From the human T2T-CHM13v2.0 reference genome, Homo sapiens: a stretch of DNA of 64,000 nt. Under the pieces are notes generated by a model. It did no database searches. It saw only the letters and a program-made list of their open reading frames with translations, and was not told the DNA's origin. Of the stretch, positions 29,494 to 41,046 are shown piece after piece. The position numbers were made by a program, and so were the translations under genes. Where the stretch lies: the NCBI RefSeq assembly GCF_009914755.1, contig NC_060938.1. One strand, written 5' to 3'. Each line of letters opens with the position of its first letter. Within the stretch, counting starts at the first letter, position 1.

Positions 29494-30815
29494 TATTAGG
29501 TTGCTTGACGTTGCCCCTCAGCTCAACATTTTTAATATTTTTTCAATCTGTTCATTTTCTAAAGATTATTTTTGGTCTTTAGTTTTGTTAGTTTCTATTG
29601 CTATGTCTTCAGATTCACTAATATTTTCTTCTGCCCTGTCTAATCTTCTATTATTTATCTACTATGTTTTTTATCTTGGACTTTGAAGTTTTTGTCTTTA
29701 GAATTTGATCTGTCTATATTTTACAATTTGACTACTTAATATTTGAAATATAGAAGATGTAGACATAATATATATGTTGATCATCTTCTTTGTTAATCCT
29801 AACATCTATTTCAGTTCTTTTTTGATTTATCAACGTTTTCTCTTCTAGTCTTTTTGGAAGATTCTTTTCCCAAGCTCAGTACTGATCAATATTCAGTTGA
29901 ATATTTGAGGAGGATACTTCAGAGTCCTCTGTCTCTGCAGCTCTCTCCTACTTGGTATTCCCTAATAATTCTAATTGCATTGGTATTCCCAGGCTCCATA
30001 GTCCATCTTCTCAATTTAAGGAGTAAGCTGGGGTGTTATGTATCCCTTTCCTTGTGCTATAGAGAGAAATTCTTTCAGGCAGTATACAGAAAAAATTTGA
30101 GGGATAATATCATTTTTGTTAGACCCTCAGGAATAGCTGTCATTAATTGCCTATCTCCAGTGTGTTGAAAAAACTGTCTCCTGTCCAGTTTTTTCATTAG
30201 TTTGACTAGGGCATTTTGCTTATTTCCTGTTAGTCCATCTTGGCTAGAAGCATAATTGGCAACTTTTAATGTAATAGCTAAATTATATACTAGCAAGAAA
30301 ACAATCTTTTAATGTGCTACAAAGTAGAAAATTAAGAAATATATGATTAAATATTCAGAGAAGAAAGTGGAAAAAGATAAAGATAGAAAGGAAGTATATT
30401 AAAAGATTATAATTGTAGTGTTTAAGTAGCCTGTTTATTGTAACATTTCCCTTTTTTTCTCTTTCCAAATTTTCTCCAAGAAGCAGGTGTAAGTAAATTG
30501 TATGTGTATAGTGAACTTCTCTTTTTTTTTTTTTTTTTTTTTTCTGAAAATAAATGTAGAATGGGTTTTGACATTATTTTATTTGGAAATTAAAGCTAAA
30601 ACAGAACCCAAATCTCCTGACTTCCATTACAGTAGTTTGCCTGAGGTTGCAAAAGGGTCTAATAAGGAAGATCTGTACTACGCTTTTTGACAACACATTG
30701 AAGACACAGATCATAGCACTATGGCTCAAGATTATAATACCAAATATACGCAACAGAGACAGGTGCTACTCATCCTTACACTTCTCCTGCTCTTTCTTTT
30801 ATTTATTTATTTTTT

Positions 30816-30907
30816 AAATATGAACATGTGTCACAATTTCCTGTCACGAGAGAGGCAGCCCTCTTGACACTTTCCTCTGTGGCTCCATTAGCTGCTTCCA
30901 TCTCACC
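30816..30907 (-). pseudogene. Possible highly diverged U6 snRNA relic directly followed by poly(A)
   Basis: Minus strand reads GCAGC..TAATGGA..ACAGAGGAA...TGACAGGAAATTGTGACACATGTTCATATTT then an A-tail. U6 reads ACAGAGAAG...TGACACGCAAATTCGTGAAGCGTTCCATATTTT. Manual gapped alignment only. Confidence 0.35.
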
Positions 30908-31415
30908 ACTAAGGATGTGGAAGGAGCCATGGAAACTCTCATCCTGGAGCCCACAGGTCCCTTCCTAGGCCTGGCTCACTGTAAAGTATGGGGGTACCAT
31001 GATTACAAAAGGGGTGTGCTTCTGAGGCCAGGTAGATTTGGTGCCTTCTAGAACTCTATGTGCTCTCACACAGGTGATGAGATACCTGCTGCTTTTCAGA
31101 GAACTTGATTGCAATGGCTGGGTGGGAGAGGTATGAACAGAGATGGGTTCGCCCTGGGGGAGAGAATGGACAGAAGTGGGTTCACCCAAGGACCAAGATG
31201 GGCTGGCCCCAGAAGAGTGCAGACAGATAAGAGAAGGGCTCCACATGGGGTTTTAGGCCCACAAGGTCTCATGACCTGCCAGGGCCTGGGGCCAGGGACC
31301 ACTAGGGCTCATGTCCAACTGTGCAGCTGCTCCTGGGGGCCCTTGGCCATTGGCAACCCCTAAGCCACCTCCCCATGATGTGTGGCCTACCCCCCATCCT
31401 TTCTTTCTTTCTTTT

Positions 31416-31538
31416 CTCCCACCACCACAAATTTGCAGTGGAGCTTCCTATATTTGGGAAAATGGCAGGGGTCAGCACAATCAGAGGGCTAATCCTCGTC
31501 CTGGGAAAACCATGGTATCTCCCCTGCCAGGCAAATAT
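31416..31538 (-). pseudogene. RNU1: U1 snRNA pseudogene, 3'-truncated after the Sm site, with two internal deletions
   Basis: Minus strand: ATATTTGCCTGGCAGGGGAGATACCATG-GTTTTCCCAGGACGAGG...TGTGCTGACCCCTGCCATTTTCCCAAATATAGGAAGCTCCACTGCAAATTTGTGGTGGTGGG. Starts at U1 +1; followed by (AAAG)n at 31400-31415. Confidence 0.93.
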
Positions 31539-31976
31539 TGCTCACTCTTAACTGTCATGGTACACGCAGCAGCCAGGCAGCTGACATAAAGCCACTCTGG
31601 TGTCTGCGTCCTCTTGGGGTCTTAGGATTCTCACAGGAACTCACTCTAGCCAAAGTTTTAGCACAACATTTCAGAAGCGGCTATTTTCTGGCCTGGCAGA
31701 TATGATCCGTGCAGTGTTTTTTTCTAACCATTTTAAGCTCATGGAATGTTTCAGGATGGCCCACTGTGATGATGACTGATGGCTAGTCACTTTTGTAATG
31801 GAAACTGGGTCCCCTGTGCACTGGCTTAGCCCCATTAACATTTCTCAACCCTCCGTTGGATAGATTACTGACTCTTTTCATAAGCTTTCTGACCTTGTCT
31901 TTTTTTTTTTTTTTTCTTATATCCCTTTATTAAATACACACACATACTTGCTCAAAATGGTAGCAATTATTTATAT

Positions 31977-32101
31977 CAGTAGTTCTCAGCTGGGCATGAT
32001 TTTGCCGCCAATGGACATTTGGCAATATTTGAAGGCAGTTTTACTTGTTACAGCTGGGAGGCACTACTGGTATCTAGTAAACTGAGGCTCTGCTACATAT
32101 C
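31977..32101 (+). mobile_element. MER20 DNA transposon (5' part), interrupted by L1HS
   Basis: cagtagttctcagc...gattttgcc...ggacatttggcaat...ctactggtatctagt...ctgcta matches the MER20 5' portion. Possible degenerate remainder at 32838-32901. Confidence 0.8.
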
Positions 32102-32837
32102 TTTTTTTTTTTTTTTTTTTTAATTTTTTTTTTTTATTATACTCTAAGTTTTAGGGTACATGTGCACATTGTGCAGGCTAGTTACATATGTATACATGTG
32201 CCATGCTGGTGCGCTGCACCCACTAACGTGTCATCTAGCATTAGGTATATCTCCCAATGCTATCCCTCCCCCCTCCCCCGACCCCACCACAGTCCCCAGA
32301 GTGTGATATTCCCCTTCCTGTGTCCATGTGATCTCATTGTTCAATTCCCACCTATGAGTGAGAGAATATGCGGTGTTTGGTTTTTTGTTCTTGTGATAGT
32401 TTACTGAGAATGATGCTTTCCAATTTCATCCATGTCCCTACAAAGGACATGAACTCATCATTTTTTATGGCTGCATAGTATTCCATGGTGTATATGTGCC
32501 ACATTTTCTTAATCCAGTCTATCATTGTTGGACATTTGGGTTGGTTCCAAGTCTTTGCTATTGTGAATAGTGCCGCAATAAACATACGTGTGCATGTGTC
32601 TTTATAGCAGCATGATTTATAGTCCTTTGGGTATATACCCAGTAATGGGATGGCTGGGTCAAATGGTATTTCTAGTTCTAGATCCCTGAGGAATCGCCAC
32701 ACTGACTTCCACAATGGTTGAACTAGTTTACAGTCCCACCAACAGTGTAAAAGTGTTCCTATTTCTCGACATCCTCTCCAGCACCTGTTGTTTCCTGACT
32801 TTTTAATGATTGCCATTCTAACTCGTGTGAGATGATA
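32102..32837 (-). mobile_element. L1HS pre-Ta (ACG/G), 5'-truncated, about 735 bp
   Basis: Sense 3'UTR reads GATGAC-ACG-TTAG and AAACTTAGAGTATAAT (G diagnostic). ORF2 C-terminus is almost intact (ORF 32352-33005); long poly(A). Confidence 0.93.
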
Positions 32838-33894
32838 CTTTGAATGAAGTAATTGGATTTGCCAAGAGAATGCTTTAAAATTTAATCTTCTGTAAGAGCC
32901 CTTTAGTAGAGAAATATGGTGCAGATGAGGCAAACACTCTGCAATAGTTCTCATAGTAACCCAGGCACATTTCTTCCAGTAAATTGTTACTCTGGTCCTC
33001 ATCATTTTGGCTTCTGTGACCTTACAAATATCCCTAGATGTGCTTTTTGCTATTTGTTTTATTTTACAAATTTGAAAAATAATATAAATATCTATGGCTA
33101 ACTCTTTTTTGTTACTTTATTAAGGAGAATTACAAGATTGCATATGAAAATAACTGATGAATAAGATGTCTCATTCAAGGGCATATAACAACTTTGTGTA
33201 ACACTGATTATGGTTAATTTTCACTGATAACTTGCTTTTATATTTAATGTGACTAAATTATGCAATGTGACTTTTTGAATATCATTTTAAGCACCTTTGA
33301 ATTAATAGACCTATATTATCTATGAGTTTCCTGAGCCTTAAATTTTAAGAACATGCATAAAAATTCTATCAATAATTTTTAGCATCCCTAACTTTTAATT
33401 TTTTCTCAAAGAAAATGCATGTATACTTTGACCTCTGCTCTGTGGTGTGTTGCATCAGCTTCTTTCATTGTTATTCCCCAAGTGCCTGATTGATCATGCC
33501 CAAATGGCAGCAGGTCAGTTAGCTGCAGCTGGAAGTCAGTAGATTGATTCTCATCTCCCACTCCAATATTCTCTGACCTTGACTCATTTAATTATAGGTT
33601 ATTGGAATACAAAGTTGACAGAATTATTTGCTGTAAATTAAATGTAGAGAGATTATATGTAGAAAAATAGAATTAAAAAGACAATTGGCAAATTTCTATA
33701 TGATTTCTATAAAATCAACTTAAAGTAATGTTTGCTCCAATTAAGTCCACAAACTCTGTTATCTCTTTTCATGTCTCTATTTACCCCTCCTTAGTTAAAT
33801 AAAATGAAGTACCTATTAGAACAATGTGTGTAGGGTTCGCGATATTATCAGTGATAAACAGTTTATGGTAAAAACAATGTGCAACTTTGATCTA

Positions 33895-34050
33895 CTAATA
33901 CAAGTCATTCATTTATTCATTCATTCATTCAATATGTTTTTAGGCTCTGATATGTACAAGATCCTGTGCTTGACATTAGATATATATCATGCTGAACAAA
34001 TTATATACAAACTCTGCCCTCAAAGTGGCTCTAATCCAGTGAAAAAACAC
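33895..34050 (-). mobile_element. L2 3' end fragment
   Basis: (CATT)n tail followed by L2-like tatgtacaagatcctgtgc...ctctgccctca. Confidence 0.55.
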
Positions 34051-34701
34051 AATTGCATGTTTTCAAATTGTTTATTTAGTTATCCATAAAGATATTTCTA
34101 TTGTCTTTTAGGAGGCTTTCTGCCATAGTCTCATTGACGGAACCATCTGCACTCACTTGTTCGGTGTTTCCTGTCACATCATGGCCAGAGCTCAGATTTT
34201 TCCTTGTTGAGCCTTATTAGCCTATGTAGGAGTTAAAAGCAAGTCTAACTAAAAATTTTCACAAAAATGCCTTAATTTTGCTTCCTGAATTCATTAAAGG
34301 TTCAGAGTTCCTGTGGCTTCCTGAATCCAATAAAAGTTCAGAAATTTCTGTACTTCAGGATATTTCAGCAGTGTCTGCTTAGTCCTTTCTGCAAATCTAG
34401 TTTGTTTTTTCCCAATTCTCTGGCATATCAGAACACAGTATTTCACACAAATTGCCTAGAAATATATTTGCAATTTAAAATTCCAGACAGGCAGGCTTTG
34501 TTTACTTTAACCATTGTTAGGAAATTGTTTTAAAATATAGACTTTTCTTCCTCCTTAAATGGTATACACAAGGTTTTTTTCTTGTTGACTCAGAATGTGA
34601 ACTTTACTTAGTGTTTTAAAATATATAATACCACATACTTTATTTTTATATTCTCAGTGATTATTTTTTTACCCATCTCTATCTTCTCTCTGTCTTTCTA
34701 G

Positions 34702-34992
<291 letters not shown>

Positions 34993-35468
34993 TGCTGAGT
35001 TTTATGTACTATAGGCTATAAAAACTCTCTTCAAATTTTTGAAGTTATAGAGCGTAAGTAAAAGTAAATTTAGCTCTGGGTTAAAAATCTAAGGGTTTCT
35101 TTTTATGTCACAAAAGACAGTGCTAGAGAAAAGCAGTTTCATAATGTTACATGCTCCCAGGGATTACTCAAATCTGACCTCTGAGTAAATCAGAAGTAGT
35201 ATTTGGGAAAATTTTAGTGCTTTACATACTATACTCTGGTTGTAAATGTCAACACATGAAATCTAGGATAGACATAATTAATTTTTCTATTTATTATTTC
35301 TTTAAGCAGCCATATTTTGAGATTCTCCTATGTACCTGAATCTTCAGAGAGCACAGGTGAGTGGATTCAAAGATATGATACATTAGCTATCTTTGATTGT
35401 ACAATGCATTCATAGTTGAGGAGGTGAATAATGGATAATGTTTCAGCAGTTATTTATTTGTTTTTTTA

Positions 35469-35996
<528 letters not shown>

Positions 35997-38900
35997 TTAA
36001 TCAAGAAAGTGATAAGATCACATTTGTTCTGGAAATATAACTCTGAAGATAGTACCTCAAGTAATTATTATTTCAATGGATTAACATAATTTTTTAACTG
36101 ATAGAAAACAATAAATATATTTTTAAATCCATCCTTATAATTACATATTACTTCTTTAGGAAATAGATATTGCCTATATTCTATATGGATCTTGTTTGCC
36201 AGCCACCAACTTGAAAACTCTTAAATAGCTCTTGGCAGAGTTTCCAAAAATGACTAACAGAAGCCAGACATCCAGAAAATGCATGTCTTTTTTGATTTCC
36301 CTAAGTCTCGGGTAGGTGGTAATCTCATATAATTTCTCAGAAAAACCTGCTCACTCAGAGTGTTTATAAATTTGCCATATGGTATTTAAAACCTCAAGTC
36401 AAAGTAGTGTTGGAAATCGTATAGACAGAACCAGAGCATGCTGGTTAATGCTGTTCTCCATTCAGGAACCATGGAGATTTCTTTGGGTGCCAAAAGCTGA
36501 AGCCAAAGAACCTTAATATTTGACTTTTACTCTTTTGTTTTTAATCAGCTGCACAAACCAAGAATTGCATTAGAGCCTAGAGGTTTTTCTTCCTCACATA
36601 AAAATTAAACATAGAAACATAATTTTTCCAAATCTACCCCATACCAGAATGCTTCCAAACTAATTTATGTAGAGCTATGTCTATTCATGTGCCTAATTAT
36701 CTTCACTGATTATTTGCAGGTGTCAATGAATGAGAAGCCAGGGAATGGGTCCATTGGCTTATAATAAATATTGAAATGACTTGTAAAATGTACTGTGATT
36801 GTGACACGTGATTAAAAAAGGAAAATATAAATATTTGTGTAATTTCTCTCAAAATGCCTTTATACAACAAAGATTATACATGCAAAAACTACAGAACTTC
36901 TTCTGATCATTGGATAAAAGAAATCTGTGATGGAAGATGGTCTGAGATTAGGGGGACTCAATTTCTTCCCTCATGAATAGAAAATACATTTACATTATGT
37001 CATATGAAATTATTGAACAGCTGCTTGGAAAGAGAGAAAAACAAGAACACCAGCCTGCCAAGGGGATGCAGTGCTGACATGAGATCAGATGCATAGAGTA
37101 AACAGAAATGGCATTCAGGAAGGGTGATAAGCAATCAAGTAAAGACCAAAGTGAGATGCTCTGACCTTATATTTAGCATCCGTGCCAAATTAGCATAGCT
37201 GTGCAGTGTACTAGAAAATTAAGTGGAAAAAAAGGACAAAGTAAGTGTAAAATCAAAGCAGAAGTTGCACATGTTTGGAATATCTAAAATAATTATGCTC
37301 TTTCATATCCAGAGGGCTACACTGTGGTCAGCTCATCTTTTCATGGGGAGCCACAGGTTCAAAAGAAAATACAATGAGCTTGACCTATACTAATTAAACA
37401 GCAGCAGTTTACTCTCTCTGGGTCTTGGCCTAGATGAGTCTGAGTGGTCTCGGGGTAAAGAGGTGACTTGAAGAGAGGAACAAAGAACCTTAGCTTTATT
37501 CATTATGCTACCCTCATTTTCTTTCCTGCTCAGCCACAGATCATTAACTCAGCAAGTTTTCTTTCCACACACCGAGAGACTGCTATACCCAGTTTAACAT
37601 ATATGGAGTCTTGTGATTTGTCAGAAAGCTGCAAAGGTAGAAAAACATGAGGTAAATCAGTCTTTTGTGCTCTATTTTTTCACCAATATGCTAATCATTC
37701 CTTAAGAGTATGTAAATGAATTTATCATATGCCCTAGAGCTTCCTGAAGTAAGTTATTTGAGCAGAGGTAATTTACTTCAAAAGAGAAGGAGCAAGATTC
37801 TTTTTATTTGTCTTTTAGTCTTAACATTAAATCAAAGCTATTCGGAGAGGTGAAAAGAAAATTAAGATGCTGTTCTATAAAAGTAGTGGATACCAAGTTC
37901 AAATCTGATCGCAGAAAACGGCACAGCACAGAGAATGTTTCAAAATAATTAACAGCTGTGGCTATCTTTCTAACAAACTTAGAAAGATATGTTAGAAATC
38001 CCTTAGCAGATTGCCACCTGTTCTCTTGCAGCTGGCTCCTATGGAAAAAAAAATCATAATGAGTGTAATCAGTTCTCTTTCCCAGCGTCCTAACATAACA
38101 ATGAAGTCTGCAAGGGCTACCTACCAAGACAGCATAAACTTATTATCTGTGCCCAGATCTTTTTATTTTTTAGGAGATCAACTAATCACAGTCAGTTTTT
38201 CTCAGCAGGAATCATAGAAATTGTTTACACTTGGAAAAAGAAAGAGACTAACATCCTGGAGCCAAATTTGTAAGAGGTCCACATTCTGGGGTCCCACTGG
38301 GCAAATGCATCCTCCAGCAACATCTGGTTTCTCCTAAGTTTCCTCTTTTCTTCACACTACTAGTGCTTACTCCTGAGAAATTCAAGTGTGTTCAAAAGTA
38401 AAAGGGAACAAAGGCAGATCTATATATGGGCTCTGCACTCCAACATTATTTATGTTATAAATAGTCAGAGAATCTTGTGATTGTCATGATTAGGAACTAC
38501 CATAAAACTCAATACCTTTTGCTTTCTTATCTTTTTTCCAAGAACTGTGATGTCTCTTTTTATTAATTATGCAAGAAACTTTCTGCTTACTTTTCTTTCT
38601 CCCTTCAATCTGGATGTTAGAAACACTCATCTAGACGTGTCTGTCACAGGAGCCTAAATGCTCAACGTCTCCTTCTGGCAGATGTGTCCCTGCCTGTGGA
38701 CTCCTGATCAGCAAAAGGGTGTTAGATCAATCTTTATATTTGTCTAACCACCGAATAAATCAGCAGACCCCTACATGCCTATCCCTGATGTGGCCTATGG
38801 GAAGGTTCTTTTCAATTAATTAATAATAATATCTGTCATTGATTTGGACTGGAAAATGCAAAGATAAGTGCTGGTAGAGACAGAATGAATGAAGAATGAA

Positions 38901-39272
38901 AAAGAGGCTGAATAGATTATGAAAAAGAAATCAGAAAATTGAGAGCAGGAGAGAAAAGGGAAGAACAGTTTCTGGACCTGCCTTGAATCTAGATCTCTTC
39001 TATTCTAATCTACTTAAGTAATAAAACTTTATAATAAACCCTGTTTTTTTCCATAACATGTATAACTGTTTTTTCTCTCATGAACATAATACAGGAAATA
39101 TATTAACAGTGCCTATACACCAGGATATTTAAAATATATATACTTTATTTTGCATAATCCTATTCACTCACTGTTTCAGTTCTTTTTCCAAGAAACTCCT
39201 AAGGAAGCTTTTTTTCTTTCTTTCTTTTTTTTTTTTTTTTTTTTCAAAAAGCTCTTATTGAAGCCCTTAGGG

Positions 39273-39513
39273 CAGTGATCCTCAAAGTATAGCTCTGAGA
39301 CCAGTCCCATGAGCATCACCTGGAAACATGCTGGAAATGCAAATTTCCAAGCCCAACTCCATACATACAAATTTCCAAGCCCAACTCCCCACATCCATAG
39401 GATGTGGATAAACTAGAATAGAAACTTCGTGTGGGTGGGGCCCCAAAACCTGTTTTTTCAGCAAACTCTTCTGTACTTGGACCCTCCTACAAACTAAAAT
39501 TTGAGAGCAACAG
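39273..39513. mobile_element. MER5A-type DNA transposon with internal 21-bp duplication
   Basis: cagtgatcctcaaa...agcatcacctgg...aaatgcaaatt...tttgagagcaacag. caaatttccaagcccaactcc occurs twice (39340, 39368). Confidence 0.75.
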
Positions 39514-39700
39514 CAATATGACATTGAAAATTATGGGACTATATCATCTCTATGTTCTAAGTTTAAAAAGAATATGTGGACTGAATTACATTAACTGTTA
39601 AATGTATTAAAAAGTGGTTTACCCAATCAAAAATTTACTGAACAATACCTAATTCAAGGTAGTGAATTAAGGTTAAGAAAATCATGAAAATAGTAGTCAC

Positions 39701-39990
39701 AGCCAGGTAGAGGAAGCTGTGCCTGTAATTGCAGCAATTTGGGAGGCCAAGGTGGGAGGATCACTTGAGCCCATGAGTTGGACATCAGCCTGTCAACATA
39801 CTGAGACTCTTATCTCTACAAAAATAAAACATTAGCTGGGCATGGTGGTGCATGAATGCAGTCCTAGCTACTTGGGATGCTGAGGCTGGAGAACAACTTG
39901 AGCCTAGGATTTTGAGGCTGCACTGAGCTCTTATTGTACCACTGGACTCCAGCCTGAGTGAAAGAGTGAGACTCTGTCAGAAGAAAAAAA
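39701..39990 (+). mobile_element. AluJ
   Basis: Dimeric Alu, ggaggatcacttgagccc, high divergence. Confidence 0.9.
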
Positions 39991-40178
39991 AGAAAGGAGG
40001 AGAAGGAGGAAGAGAAGGAAAAAGAAGGAGGAGGAGGAAGAGGAGGAGGAGAGGAGAAGAAAAGGAAGAGAAGAGGAGAAGAAAAGGAAAAGGAGAGGAG
40101 AAGAAAAGGAAAAGGAGAGGAGAAAAGAGAAAAGAGAGAGAGAAAGAAGAAAAAGAAAGAAAGAAAGAGAAAGAAAGG
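39980..40178. repeat. Polypurine (GA-rich) low-complexity tract derived from the Alu tail
   Basis: About 200 nt made only of A and G (GGA, GAAAA, GAAA units). Confidence 0.93.
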
Positions 40179-40591
40179 GCTACATATGATGATATATTTG
40201 AAAATAGACATATTTACCAAGTTTTAGTGCATGCAGAAGAAGTCATTATAGATGTCAAGGAGATGGAATCTGAGCAGAGAAAAAGCAATTTCTATGCACA
40301 TAGCAAATTGTTATACTATACGTCGTGGCAGCTAGTAGTATTTTCCCAGCAAGTGATAGGATAATCTGGAGAGCAATTTTTCTTTATCATGACACATGAT
40401 TGCAGAACCAATGCAGTATGTCTTCCAATTTTTTACCAACTACTTTGTGCTTCAAATCAGAAAGATTTAAGTAATATTGAGATCTAACCAGAGTTCATAT
40501 CAATAGCTTTCTTATGGAACCAGTGTACAATTAGAAACTCCATGATATTTAAGAAGAAATTCTATGTATACTACCTTCAAGATACCATATC

Positions 40592-41024
40592 TGTTGGGAG
40601 CTGAAAAGGCCAAAGGGATTGTGACCAACTCAGCATTTCACTGGAGGCTATATGATCAAACAGCAAACTGTTTATCATGAATGCAGGATGTGGGCAAGTT
40701 CACAACTGTGCCTGCCACCAGGAGGTTTGCTGAGGGCGGTCACTCCCTGGCGCCTGGCCCCTTGAGGTTATCTACTGGGACATCTAGAGGCTATTGTTCA
40801 AGGCATGCAGTCTTGGACCGAGCAGCTGACCTCTTCTTCCACCCCCACTTCTCACAATCTCTTTTGCCTGATAAATATGGAGAGCTGTGTAAAGCTCAGG
40901 ACCCTTGTCTACTAGAGGCAAGGTGCTCCCTGACCGCTTCTTCTAAACATACTCTTTTGTCTTTTGTCTTTATGCCCACATTTGTCAACCTTTGTTAAGT
41001 CCCCCAAGATCCATGCAGGTAACA
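40592..41024 (+). mobile_element. 5' LTR (LTR3 family), 433 bp
   Basis: TGTTGGGAG...GGTAACA; direct repeat of 50354-51112. Its poly(A) signal is mutated to GATAAA. Confidence 0.93.
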
Positions 41025-41026
41025 AG

Positions 41027-41046
41027 TGGTGCCCCAGAACAGGGAC
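41027..41046 (+). promoter_or_regulatory. Primer-binding site, tRNA-Lys(UUU)/Lys3 type
   Basis: TGGTGCCCCAGAACAGGGAC two bases after the LTR, similar to TGGCGCCCGAACAGGGAC. Confidence 0.85.

Larger units (their letters stand above)
21985..30270 (-). mobile_element. Stack of old antisense L1M fragments (L1MB/MC/MD/ME types)
   Basis: Nearly continuous T-rich L1 antisense sequence; ORF2 C-terminal remnant at 26474-26686 (GNGKWCSH...PFDTVILLL). Individual boundaries not resolved. Confidence 0.7.

Noticed and set aside
30965-31589. Overlapping ORFs in the GC-rich island as a coding retrogene
   Set aside because: Short ORFs in several frames are expected at higher GC; no recognisable protein, and some run through the U1 copy.
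31631-31690. U2 snRNA antisense relic (TAGCCAAA...AGAAGCG)
   Set aside because: Two short matches needing a large gap; consistent with chance.
31765-31872. C/D box snoRNA (GTGATGA ... CTGA)
   Set aside because: No terminal stem or recognisable guide; the motifs are short enough to be chance.
32352-33005. 217-aa ORF as a novel gene
   Set aside because: L1 ORF2 C-terminus extended into flanking DNA by chance; no promoter or splice evidence.
37804-38217. 107-aa and 68-aa ORFs in unique sequence
   Set aside because: No domain similarity or splice context; could be conserved non-coding DNA but this cannot be shown from sequence alone.
39864-40364. K/R/E-rich 132-aa ORF and its F/S/L-rich antisense ORF
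   Set aside because: Translations of the GA-rich Alu tail; low-complexity artefact.
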